A stretch of 64,000 nucleotides of DNA from an uncultured Acidobacteriota bacterium (GTDB lineage Bacteria; Acidobacteriota; Terriglobia; Acidiferrales; UBA7541), in assembly GCA_963703805.1 (NCBI GenBank), contig CAVPFO010000002.1:54694-118693 (forward strand). The letters are read 5' to 3'. Shown one piece after another: positions 9,820 to 18,489 of the stretch. The notes under the pieces were generated by a model. The model did not search any database. It worked only from the letters and a program-made list of their open reading frames with translations, and was not told the DNA's origin. Each line of letters starts with the position of its first letter. Position 1 is the first letter of the stretch. A program made the position numbers and the translations under genes.

Positions 9820-11679
9820 TTGCGCTCAAAAATCGACGGCTACGCTCTGATCGGTGATCAGCATACGGCCGCGCTAATCAGTGAGCGCGGCACTCTCGCA
9901 TGGTTGTGTCTGCCCGACTTCGATTCGGAAGCATGCTTCGCCGGTCTTCTGGGAACCCGGGACCACGGAGCCTGGTCACTGTCTCCGCGAACAATACATA
10001 AAGTAAATCGCCGTTATCTTCCAGGCACATTAATTGTCGAGACTACCTATTCCCAACCCGATGCTATCGCCTCCGTCACCGATTTTATGACGGTATATGA
10101 CGGAAACTCTTGCGTGATCCGCATTGTGCGAGGACTCAAAGGGCGCGTCGTTATGCGCACCCGTTTCGCTCCTCGATTCGACTATGGCGGTGGAAAACCA
10201 CGGATTGAACGACAGCGCTCCGGCCACTGGAGTGTAGTTTCCGGACCGCATCGCCTGACGTTGCGGAGCACCGCGCCTATGTTGCCCGATTCTCATGATC
10301 TCGCCGCGGAATGGCCGGTGTGTCTTGGCGACACTCATTACTTCACTCTGCAGTACGCCAACTCTTATGCGAATCCAAAGCCGCCAAAGGTTTCTCCTGA
10401 ATCCGCACAAAGAAAGGCGGCCCGCTTTTGGCGCGAGTGGATTAAAGGTAGCCGTTACCGCGGCCAATATCGGGAGGCCGTGGAGCGATCCTTGATCACC
10501 CTGAAGGCTCTCACATTCGCGCCCTCCGGCGGTCTTGTCGCAGCGCCGACAACATCTCTGCCGGAGAAAATTGGCGGAATCAGAAACTGGGACTACCGAT
10601 TTTGTTGGCTTCGCGATTCAACATTCAGCCTGCAGGTTCTCACGGGATGCGGCCTCAAAAGAGATGCCCGTGCGTGGCTCGGGTGGCTGAATCGCTCCGT
10701 CCAATCGAATCCGCATGAGCTCAAGATAATGTACGGGATTACTGGAAGTCGAGAGCACGGTGAATGGAAAGCAGCGTGGCTGCCAGGATATAGACACTCG
10801 AAGCCGGTGAATATTGGCAACAAAGCCTCCGACCAGCTTCAGCTCGATACCTATGGCGAAGTTGTCGATTCGCTATACCGGGCGCGTTCCAAGGGTTTGC
10901 ACGCTGAGCGCGATCCGAGCGACAGCCCGCTTGTTGTTCCCCTGCTACAACGCCTGGAACAAATCTGGAGTGAACCGGATGCGGGCCTCTGGGAATTTCG
11001 TACTCCTTGCCAGCAATTTACCCATTCTAAAGTGATGGTTTGGGTGGCTTTCGATCGCGCCATTCGTATGGCTGAAGAGTTTGGTACGAAGGGGCCCGTT
11101 GGTCGATGGCGCCAACTACGCGACCGCATTCACAAGGAAGTTTGTGACAAAGGTTTCAATAAGAAAATGAAGACGTTCACTCAGGCCTACGGCTCCCGAC
11201 ATTTGGACGCTAGCTTGCTTCTGATACCGGTCGTCGGCTTTCTGGATATTGAAGACGAGCGCGTCACCGGAACGGTAAAAGCCATTGAAAAACATCTCAT
11301 GCGTGGCGGCTTACTTCTCCGCTACGACACCAGAAAAGTCCGAGACGGGCTGCCTCCCGGTGAAGGCTCCTTCCTCGCCTGCAACTTTTGGCTGATCGAT
11401 ATTTACATTTTGCAAGGACGCACCGATCAGGCCCGTTCGCACTTTGAGAAACTTCTCAAATACCGAAATTCAGTTGGTTTACTCTCCGAGGAGTACGACA
11501 AGAAAAATGGCCTGGTCGGAAATTTTCCCCAAGCCTTCTCGCATATCGGACTGGTAAACGCTGCGCTCAGTCTTGATGCGGGAACATCCGTCCGGTTGCG
11601 CGATCTTCAACGGCCTCAATCAGCAGAAGCTCGGACTCCGTTCAGGCCTCTTAAGCGAAAAGCATACGTTACCAACTAA
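9820..11679 (+). CDS. glycoside hydrolase family 15 protein (glucoamylase/trehalase-like)
   Basis: 619-aa ORF with N-terminal IDGYALIGDQHTAALISERGTLAWLCLPDFDSEACFAGLLG, then NWDYRFCWLRDSTF, LQLDTYGE and FPQAFSHIGLVNAAL. TTG start. About 35 C-terminal residues after the usual family end overlap the degraded crp/fnr-like gene. Confidence 0.85.
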   Translation: MRSKIDGYALIGDQHTAALISERGTLAWLCLPDFDSEACFAGLLGTRDHGAWSLSPRTIHKVNRRYLPGTLIVETTYSQPDAIASVTDFMTVYDGNSCVIRIVRGLKGRVVMRTRFAPRFDYGGGKPRIERQRSGHWSVVSGPHRLTLRSTAPMLPDSHDLAAEWPVCLGDTHYFTLQYANSYANPKPPKVSPESAQRKAARFWREWIKGSRYRGQYREAVERSLITLKALTFAPSGGLVAAPTTSLPEKIGGIRNWDYRFCWLRDSTFSLQVLTGCGLKRDARAWLGWLNRSVQSNPHELKIMYGITGSREHGEWKAAWLPGYRHSKPVNIGNKASDQLQLDTYGEVVDSLYRARSKGLHAERDPSDSPLVVPLLQRLEQIWSEPDAGLWEFRTPCQQFTHSKVMVWVAFDRAIRMAEEFGTKGPVGRWRQLRDRIHKEVCDKGFNKKMKTFTQAYGSRHLDASLLLIPVVGFLDIEDERVTGTVKAIEKHLMRGGLLLRYDTRKVRDGLPPGEGSFLACNFWLIDIYILQGRTDQARSHFEKLLKYRNSVGLLSEEYDKKNGLVGNFPQAFSHIGLVNAALSLDAGTSVRLRDLQRPQSAEARTPFRPLKRKAYVTN

Positions 11680-12150
11680 ATGTGGATGGGAGGATTCAAG
11701 GGAAAGAGAATGCACAGGGAAACTGCCTGTAATGATATCTGCGCAGGGTGCGAAGAGTCTCGGGCTCAGCATCTCGTTATAACGATGGAGCAGCGTATGC
11801 GTTGGTCTGACTCAATGGTTGCCGTGCGGGGGGGACTGCAGTCATCAGCGCAGCATTTGGGCGGTCGTGAAATTTCGGCAATGGAGCTCGCCGGCTATTG
11901 CTCGCGGGCATGTTCTCGATTTATTTTGTTCGACTACTGGCAAGATAGCGGCACGGCCTCGAAAGAGGGCGTTCACGTGGAACTCACGAAGACACATCAA
12001 GACCTGGCGGCGGAATTAGGAACAGTGCGAGAACTCGTCTCCCGCAATCTGAGCCGACTTCAGGCTGAGGGATTCCTAGAAGTGGACGGTCGGAGAATTA
12101 TAGTGAAAGACCTCGCGGGCCTAAAAAGCGAGCAGAAGAATTCTGAGTAA
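11573..12150 (+). pseudogene. Crp/Fnr-family transcriptional regulator, apparently degraded
   Basis: The C-terminal HTH is clear (LTKTHQDLAAELGTVRELVSRNLSRLQAEGFLEVDGRRIIVKD). N-terminal cNMP-domain-like pieces (CAIFNGLNQQKL..., GKLPVMISAQGAKSLGLSI) are in a different frame ending in a stop at 11782. A G7 run lies at 11828-11834. No single frame gives a full-length protein. Confidence 0.5.
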
Positions 12151-12182
12151 TTACCTCTCCTTTTTGATATTTGCACGGCCAT

Positions 12183-12198
12183 AGTGACTTTGGTCACT
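12183..12198. promoter_or_regulatory. perfect 16-bp palindrome AGTGACTTTGGTCACT (GTGA-N6-TCAC), candidate Crp/Fnr-type operator upstream of ric
   Basis: Perfect inverted repeat about 50 nt upstream of the ric ATG. Its architecture resembles TTGA-N6-TCAA FNR/FixK boxes. Confidence 0.4.
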
Positions 12199-12246
12199 GC
12201 CTCTTTGTGCCTTCCCATCCACACTATCAGCTGTCGCGGAGGAGTT

Positions 12247-12969
12247 ATGAATTTCAATGACGAAACCAAAGTGAAGGATATTGCGCTTTCGAATCCAGCG
12301 GTCAGGCAAATTCTCGAAGAGGCCGGGCTTGACTACTGCTGCGGTGGCGGGAAATCTCTGCAAGAAGCGTGCCTGCATGCAGAGGTTCCGACTGAAGAAA
12401 TCCTGAATCGTCTGCGTGAAAACAGCAAACAGGTAAATCCCGACGAAGCGAACTGGACATCTACATCCCTTGGTGTTCTGACACGGCATATCCGTGAGAG
12501 GCACCATCGGTACGTTCGTGAGGCAATCGTGCGGGTTCAGCCCTTATTGGGTAAAGTGGTAGCAAAGCACGGAAAGAATCATTCCGAACTCACAGATATT
12601 CAGAGACTCTTCGCCGAAGTTGCGCGAGAGATGATCATGCACATGCAGAAAGAGGAACAGATTCTGTTCCCATACATCGACGCACTGGAAAAGGCGAATA
12701 GTGCAAATGGCTCGGTCGAACCTCCCTTCTTCCAGACGGTGAAAAACCCGATTCACGCCATGATGAAAGAGCATGACGCTGCGGGAGAATTGGTGAAACA
12801 GATTCGCAAAGCCAGTATGGAATACACTGCTCCTGCGGATGCATGCACAAGTTATAAGGCTCTATACCAGGATTTGAGGGAATTCGAAGCGGACCTTCAC
12901 CAGCATGTGCATCTGGAAAACAACATCCTCTTCCCCCGTTCAGTAGAGATGGAAACTGCGGTCATCTAA
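12247..12969 (+). CDS. ric: iron-sulfur cluster repair di-iron protein (RIC/YtfE/ScdA family)
   Basis: GGAGGAG RBS. N-terminal ScdA_N-like GLDYCCGG. Hemerythrin-like His/Glu motifs HHRYVRE, HMQKEEQILFP, HDAAGE, HVHLENNILFP. Confidence 0.85.
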   Translation: MNFNDETKVKDIALSNPAVRQILEEAGLDYCCGGGKSLQEACLHAEVPTEEILNRLRENSKQVNPDEANWTSTSLGVLTRHIRERHHRYVREAIVRVQPLLGKVVAKHGKNHSELTDIQRLFAEVAREMIMHMQKEEQILFPYIDALEKANSANGSVEPPFFQTVKNPIHAMMKEHDAAGELVKQIRKASMEYTAPADACTSYKALYQDLREFEADLHQHVHLENNILFPRSVEMETAVI

Positions 12970-12984
12970 GGAAGGAATGGTGCC

Positions 12985-14352
12985 ATGTCGATTTCACTCG
13001 AAGCACCAGTGATAAGCGCCAAGAGCGAGCGCCATTCCTCGCTCTCTCCTGCCCAGATAATGGAGATTGCCCGCGCGCGTGAGGCGTCTCTTTCGCGCCT
13101 TCTCATGGCTTATATCAGCTCTGGCCTTGTTTTCATGCTACTGCCAGGCACATTCCTCGGGGTGTGGAACCTTCTCCAGATCAGCGGGCGCGAGAGCGCT
13201 GGGTCCATTTCGCCTGCATGGTTACAGGCTCACGGCCATGCACAGGTGTTCGGCTGGATAGGAAGCTTTATCTTGGGCATTGGTTTCTACTCGGTTCCGA
13301 AGCTACGCGGCGCAACGAAGCCAGCCTTCGGTGCTGCCTGGGCATGCTGGGTAATGTGGACAGTGGGTGTGGCGGTACGCTGGGCCGCAAATGTTTACGC
13401 GTGGCAATGGCGTTTGCTGCTTCCGCTCTCGGGCATCCTCGAACTGGCTGCGTTCCTGATTTTCTTCAGCGCGGTTTCACAGCACCGGCCCGAAGATTCC
13501 GGCAAGAGCCGACTGGAGCCGTGGATTTGGGTGGTTATCAGCGCAAGCACGGGGTTGATGTTGACGCTGATCGCGAACCTAGCGGTATGCTTCTATCTTG
13601 CGGTGCGCGGCGCAAGCCCAGCCTTGTCACACATTCTCGACCAACGCTATCTAGTGCTGGTCGCTTGGGGATTTCTGGTGCCGTTCGTTTGGGGATTCAG
13701 TACCAAATGGATGACAGTGTTCCTTGGTCTCAAGCCGGTTCATCCCAGGCTGCTCTTGGGCGCGCTGGTGGTGAACTTTGCGGGCGTTGTTTTGACGCTC
13801 TTGGGATGGGGAGCTGAAGCAACCGCCTTCTTTGTGATCAGCACAGCTCTGGCAATTGCGGCGCTGCGAATGTTCGAACCCGCACGACAGGAGCCAAAAA
13901 CGCGCGGCGTTCATCCCAGTTTCCCATTCTTCGTCCGCATGGCCTACGGCTGGCTTTTGGTGGCAGCATTACTTGGGGTAGGCGCGGTGGTCTGGGACTC
14001 TTCTGGCGGGATTTGGGGCGCTTCGCGGCACGCACTGACGGTCGGATTCATCGCGGTGATGGTCTTTTGCGTTGGCCAGCGCATTCTCCCTGCGTTTGCT
14101 GGGATGCGGCTATTGTGGAGTACCCGGTTGATGTTTGCTGGGCTCCTGCTGCTCACGGTTGGATGCACTCTGCGTGTCTCCAGTGAGGTTCTCGCATACC
14201 AGGGATATGCCAATTGGGCGTGGTCGGTTCTTCCTGTCTCGGCTATGCTCGAATTGGCCGGGATCACAGCATTTGCCATAAACATTTCCGGTACGTTTAT
14301 TCTGGAGCCGAGTCACGTGCAGAAACAGCCCATAGTCGTAGGGATAAACTAG
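12985..14352 (+). CDS. NnrS-family membrane protein
   Basis: 455-aa polytopic membrane ORF. QAHGHAQVFGWIGSFILGIGFY resembles the conserved His-containing helix of NnrS proteins. Starts 15 nt downstream of ric. Confidence 0.7.
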   Translation: MSISLEAPVISAKSERHSSLSPAQIMEIARAREASLSRLLMAYISSGLVFMLLPGTFLGVWNLLQISGRESAGSISPAWLQAHGHAQVFGWIGSFILGIGFYSVPKLRGATKPAFGAAWACWVMWTVGVAVRWAANVYAWQWRLLLPLSGILELAAFLIFFSAVSQHRPEDSGKSRLEPWIWVVISASTGLMLTLIANLAVCFYLAVRGASPALSHILDQRYLVLVAWGFLVPFVWGFSTKWMTVFLGLKPVHPRLLLGALVVNFAGVVLTLLGWGAEATAFFVISTALAIAALRMFEPARQEPKTRGVHPSFPFFVRMAYGWLLVAALLGVGAVVWDSSGGIWGASRHALTVGFIAVMVFCVGQRILPAFAGMRLLWSTRLMFAGLLLLTVGCTLRVSSEVLAYQGYANWAWSVLPVSAMLELAGITAFAINISGTFILEPSHVQKQPIVVGIN

Positions 14353-14390
14353 GGCATGTTCAGATGGCTATTTTGAGAGAGGAGTAAGTC

Positions 14391-14801
14391 ATGAGCGATA
14401 ATCCGAAACAATCAGCCAGCTCTGCCGCCATTCGTTCTCCGGGGCCATTGGAAAGTCCTATCCTTTCGTTTGACCTGAATGCTGAGATCGAACAGTTGCG
14501 TAGTGAGAATGCGTGGCAGGGTGGACGAAACTCAAAAACTCTAGTGAAACATCCAGATTTTCGAGTAGTACTCACAGTCCTGAAAACCAATGCGCGCCTT
14601 CACGAACATAAAGCCGCCGGTAGGATTTCTGTCCAGGCTGTCGCGGGCCGCATCCGAATGCATGTACAGGACAAGGTGATTGATCTGCCTGCTGGACACA
14701 TGCTGGCATTAGAGCGCGCGCTTCCGCACGATGTGGAAGCTCTTGAAGATAGCGCTTTTCTGCTGACTATCGCTTGGCCTGAGGACGCTACTAGAGTTTG
14801 A
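14391..14801 (+). CDS. cupin-domain protein (tentative)
   Basis: 136-aa ORF with a beta-rich core (HPDFRVVLTVLKTNARLHEHKAAGRISVQAVAGRIRMHV...LPAGHMLALE...PHDVEAL) typical of small cupins. Sits within the operon. Confidence 0.5.
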   Translation: MSDNPKQSASSAAIRSPGPLESPILSFDLNAEIEQLRSENAWQGGRNSKTLVKHPDFRVVLTVLKTNARLHEHKAAGRISVQAVAGRIRMHVQDKVIDLPAGHMLALERALPHDVEALEDSAFLLTIAWPEDATRV

Positions 14802-14823
14802 CCGGGCAGTTCGCGGAGGCAAT

Positions 14824-16491
14824 ATGATCGCGCTCGATCCGGCACACAGAGCCGTCCACTATCCGCCTGATCGCCGATTTCGCATCTGGATTCGACCTTC
14901 CATTCTGCTTGGAATCGGTATCGCGGCCCTCTCTGTCATCGCGGCGGCTTGGATCGAAGTCGCCGTGGCTGGGCTGCCTCATGTTCCCGCCGTTCCTCAG
15001 ATATATCCCAATAACTTCGCAGGGCCGCGCGGGTTTCCGGTCTGGGTGCGTTACTGCCACTTCTTTAATTTCCTTTTTGTGACGATGCTGATTCGCAGCG
15101 GGCTGTCCATTCTCATGGACCATCCTCGTCTATATTTCAACGATGGCTGCACGCCGGGGAGCGAATGGATCCGGCTTACCCCGCTAAAAGTTCCGCGCGA
15201 CCGACTCTGGACCGCGAAAGACGACGCCCGCTATATTTCGCCGTTAGTCGGGACACCGGGCTACCGGCACACAATCGGTATTGCACGAGTTTGGCACTTC
15301 ATCGACGTTCACGGCTTCATTATTACTGGCATTTTGTTCGTCATTATGCTCTTCGATACAGAGCAGTGGCGGCGTATTGTGCCAACTTCGCCGCTAGTTC
15401 TCTTGCAAGCATGGAACACGTTGGTGCACTATGCGACGTTTCATCTGCCAGCAGAACCGAATGGGTTTTATGGCTACAACGCATTGCAGCAGATTGCTTA
15501 TTTCACCGTCGTCTTTGTCTTTGGTCCCTTGGCGATTCTTACTGGGATCGCCATGTCGCCCGCCGTGGTGAATCGCTTTCCCTGGTACACACGAATCTTT
15601 GGTGGCAGGCAATCGGCCAGATCGATCCACTTCCTGACGATGTTCAGCTTCCTTGCATTCCTCGTCGTACACGTCACGTTGATTGTGATGACTGGATTCG
15701 CGCGCAATATGAACCACATTGTGCTCGGCACCGATGATCAGGGACATCTGGGCATGTATCTGGGTTTTGTCGGTATAGGCGTGGTCGTCGTCTCGTGGAT
15801 CGTGGCGCACTACATCTCGTGGAACCACGCGCGTGGATTGCAGCACGCGCTCAAGTCCGTGACCTATCCGATGCAGCTTCTGACGCTGAATCGCTTGAGC
15901 CCGCAGCAGAAGTATTCAGAGGAGGAAATCTCGCCGTACTTCTGGCCGAACGGGAAAATGCCGGTCCGGGACGATTGGAAGGGCCTGGCGGAAGCTGGCT
16001 TCGAGAACTTCCGGCTCAAGGTGGGAGGCCTCGTCGAAAGGCCCGTTGAGCTTTCCCTCGCCGACCTTGAGCGGTTGGGTGGGGCCGAACACATCACCAT
16101 GCATCATTGCATTCAGGGATGGAGCGGTGTCGCGAAGTGGGGCGGAATTCCAATGAAAACGCTCATTGAATTAGTGCGCCCAAAACCGGAGGCAAAAGTC
16201 GCGGCCTTTTTTTCTTTTGGCGAAGCACTCTACGGCGGTTCCTACTACGATACGCAAAGCCTGGAGAATCTGCTGAAGCCGCAATGCCTGCTGGCCCTGC
16301 GGATGAACGGACAACGGCTTCCGCAGGTATATGGAGCGCCGCTGCGGCTGAGAGTCGAGAACCAGCTTGGCTACAAGATGGTCAAATGGATCGAGCGTAT
16401 CGAGTTCATCGAGTCGGAAAAAGTGCTCGGCAAAGGAGAAGGCGGCAAAAACGAGGACGATGAGTATTTCGATTTGCTGCCCAACATCTGA
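14824..16491 (+). CDS. fusion of a membrane cytochrome b-like domain and a sulfite-oxidase-fold molybdopterin oxidoreductase domain (MsrQ/MsrP-like architecture in one polypeptide)
   Basis: The N-terminal ~340 aa are polytopic with conserved His in helices (RYCHFFNF, VWHFIDVHGF, SIHFLTMFSF...VVHV). The C-terminus carries FRLKVGGLVERPVELSLADL...ITMHHCIQGWSGVAKWGGIP...GAPLRLRVENQLGYKMVKWI, i.e. the Mo-binding domain. Confidence 0.8.
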   Translation: MIALDPAHRAVHYPPDRRFRIWIRPSILLGIGIAALSVIAAAWIEVAVAGLPHVPAVPQIYPNNFAGPRGFPVWVRYCHFFNFLFVTMLIRSGLSILMDHPRLYFNDGCTPGSEWIRLTPLKVPRDRLWTAKDDARYISPLVGTPGYRHTIGIARVWHFIDVHGFIITGILFVIMLFDTEQWRRIVPTSPLVLLQAWNTLVHYATFHLPAEPNGFYGYNALQQIAYFTVVFVFGPLAILTGIAMSPAVVNRFPWYTRIFGGRQSARSIHFLTMFSFLAFLVVHVTLIVMTGFARNMNHIVLGTDDQGHLGMYLGFVGIGVVVVSWIVAHYISWNHARGLQHALKSVTYPMQLLTLNRLSPQQKYSEEEISPYFWPNGKMPVRDDWKGLAEAGFENFRLKVGGLVERPVELSLADLERLGGAEHITMHHCIQGWSGVAKWGGIPMKTLIELVRPKPEAKVAAFFSFGEALYGGSYYDTQSLENLLKPQCLLALRMNGQRLPQVYGAPLRLRVENQLGYKMVKWIERIEFIESEKVLGKGEGGKNEDDEYFDLLPNI

Positions 16492-17126
16492 TGCAGAGAC
16501 CCGATTGGTTCGGCCAAGAGCGTCCTGGCCCTGACCACATTCTCTCCTTACTCCGAAAGCTACGGCTGGATTGGTTGCTGCATCACTTTCCGCCACGACT
16601 CGTGCGGTCACTCTATGTGTTTGTGAATGGCTTCATTACCATTGGGGTGCTTGCCCTGTTGGCGATTGTGAGCCGCAATCCGTTTGTTTTTCCATCGCTC
16701 GGACCCACTGCGTATCTCCTGTTCTTCTCGCCGCTCGGAAAAACGTCCAGCCCCCGAAATACTATTCTGGGGCACGCTATAGGACTCATCTGCGGTTATG
16801 CGGCGTTCGTTCTCACAGGCGCTGGAGCACTACCGTTTGGGGTGCACCCAGGTATCTTCTGGCCAAGGATCCTGGCTGCGGCTCTCTCGCTTTCGGCGAC
16901 AGGCGCGTTCATGGTCCTACTGGATGTCAGCCATCCGCCCGCTGGCGCAACTACGCTAATCGTTTCTCTCGGAATTATTTCGAGACCGCGTGAACTGGTT
17001 ATCATTGAAGTTGCAGTGTTCTTGCTCGTTGCTCAGGCTTTGGTAATCAATCGGCTCGCCGGATTACCCTACCCCATGTGGAATGCTGCGGCCTCGACCA
17101 AACCAGTGAATGAGGACTCGGATTAG
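16491..17126 (+). CDS. HPP-family membrane protein
   Basis: Signature DVSHPPAGATTLIV. The ATG overlaps the upstream TGA (TGATG at 16489-16493). Confidence 0.8.
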   Translation: MQRPDWFGQERPGPDHILSLLRKLRLDWLLHHFPPRLVRSLYVFVNGFITIGVLALLAIVSRNPFVFPSLGPTAYLLFFSPLGKTSSPRNTILGHAIGLICGYAAFVLTGAGALPFGVHPGIFWPRILAAALSLSATGAFMVLLDVSHPPAGATTLIVSLGIISRPRELVIIEVAVFLLVAQALVINRLAGLPYPMWNAAASTKPVNEDSD

Positions 17127-17146
17127 CGCCCCATCCCGTCACTTGG

Positions 17147-17500
17147 CTACACCGTGGAGCGTTGAAGAAGTGCACGCAGCACAACGGCTTGGTTGCGCCG
17201 TTCGTCACGGGCCGAATAGATCAGCGTTATCGTGAGATATGCCTTTTCCAGTTCTCGGAACTGTTCAGTTAATTCTGCCTTTGCTCTCAACTCTTCGCGA
17301 TAGCGCTTCTGAAATTCGATCCAGCGCTTGGCATCGTGCGCAAACCACTTGCGGAGTTGGTCGGACGGTGCAATCTCCTTCATCCACAGATCGATTCTAG
17401 CTTTCTCTTTTGAAACACCACGCGGCCAAATCCTGTCCACCAGGACTCGGTAGCCATCGGCTGGCTTGGCCGGAACATAAATTCGCTTAAGCTTGAACAT
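17147..17500 (-). CDS. DUF488 (YeaO-like) family protein
   Basis: MFKLKRIYVPAKPADGYRVLVDRIWPRGVSKEKARIDLWMKEIAPSDQLRKWF is typical of DUF488/YeaO proteins. Confidence 0.8.
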   Translation of the reverse strand: MFKLKRIYVPAKPADGYRVLVDRIWPRGVSKEKARIDLWMKEIAPSDQLRKWFAHDAKRWIEFQKRYREELRAKAELTEQFRELEKAYLTITLIYSARDERRNQAVVLRALLQRSTV

Positions 17501-17520
17501 CGCGGAGTCCTATCAGCAGG

Positions 17521-17607
17521 CGCGCCCCCTGTGCCAAAAGTGTGCCAGAATCCGACCTTTTCATGCAATTGGGGTTAGCTTTGAGCGAAAAGCAGATGTC
17601 CCAAGTT
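17521..17607. repeat. direct repeat copy A (~87 nt, contains the 30-nt core at 17566-17595)
   Basis: Aligns by hand with 23636-23721. The core CAATTGGGGTTAGCTTTGAGCGAAAAGCAG is identical in both copies. Confidence 0.9.
17531..17547 (-). promoter_or_regulatory. TGGCAC-N5-TGGCAC motif (sigma54 -24/-12-like, GG-N10-GC) upstream of the DUF488 gene
   Basis: The minus strand reads CTGGCACACTTTTGGCAC about 30 nt upstream of the DUF488 ATG. The same motif is conserved in repeat copy B (23645-23661). Confidence 0.3.
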
Positions 17608-17667
17608 CAGATTATTCTAAAGAAACTTCGAAAGGGATCATAGAGGTTTTGGGTTCTTCCCCGTATT

Positions 17668-18213
17668 TCAATCTGTAGCCGGTGCGGACTTGGCCTTCAT
17701 TCGATCTTGGATTTCGTCGAAGTGCCAAGGGCGAAAATCGTGAGTGTCCACTCCAACATCCATCGAAAGTGAAGTATCGGGGGCCAACAGTTTTCCGTGG
17801 GAGTGCCCATACAAATGCCAAGCTCCCCGCGATGACTGATTCCAGACTCTCATTGCATAGTGGCAGAGCACGATTCGTTGCCCATTGAGCGAGACTTCCG
17901 CGAGATCATTGAGCCACGCAAATTCCTGAGTAAGTTTGCGCGTTTCTTTGTCATGGTTTCCCGCGAGTGCAAATATCTTCTTGCAGCGAATCTGTTGGCG
18001 AAGCTCCGCAGCTCGTGCCTTTGGGCCGATGCAGAAATCTCCGAGGAAGTACAGAATATCGTTCGCTTTTACACGCGAGTTCAGGCGTTCTAAAATCTCT
18101 TGATTCATTTCCTCGACAGTTTGGAACGGGCGATTGCAGTATCGAATGATGTTCTTGTGCCCCAGATGAAAGTCGGCGGTGAACCAAATGTTGAGCACAG
18201 CTCGTTTCTCCAA
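17668..18213 (-). CDS. metallophosphoesterase (calcineurin-like)
   Basis: Metal-binding motifs DFHLGH, LGDF, GNHD and GHSHG in canonical order. Confidence 0.8.
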   Translation of the reverse strand: MEKRAVLNIWFTADFHLGHKNIIRYCNRPFQTVEEMNQEILERLNSRVKANDILYFLGDFCIGPKARAAELRQQIRCKKIFALAGNHDKETRKLTQEFAWLNDLAEVSLNGQRIVLCHYAMRVWNQSSRGAWHLYGHSHGKLLAPDTSLSMDVGVDTHDFRPWHFDEIQDRMKAKSAPATD

Positions 18214-18252
18214 TAAGGTACACGGAATGAGTATTCTATGCCGGGAGGTGAG

Positions 18253-18489
18253 ATGAGCAAGTCCAATCGCACAGACGCAACAGGTTCAATTGCTTCGTCC
18301 GGCGACGAACGTCCATGGACAGTTCAGCAAGCCGCTCAATTCCTTGGTGTGAGCCCACAAACTGTCTATCTATGGGTGGAGCGAAAGCAAATCCCCCATT
18401 TGCGCGTAATGGGCCGAAATATTCGCTTCCTCAGATCAGACCTAGAAACGTTCCGTGCCTCATTCAAACAAGACATAGACAAGGTTTAG
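18253..18489 (+). CDS. excisionase-family helix-turn-helix DNA-binding protein
   Basis: WTVQQAAQFLGVSPQTVYLWVERKQIPHLRVMGRNIRFLRSDLETF matches the excisionase/MerR-like HTH pattern. GGGAGG RBS before ATG 18253; the ORF also opens at ATG 18238. Confidence 0.7.
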   Translation: MSKSNRTDATGSIASSGDERPWTVQQAAQFLGVSPQTVYLWVERKQIPHLRVMGRNIRFLRSDLETFRASFKQDIDKV

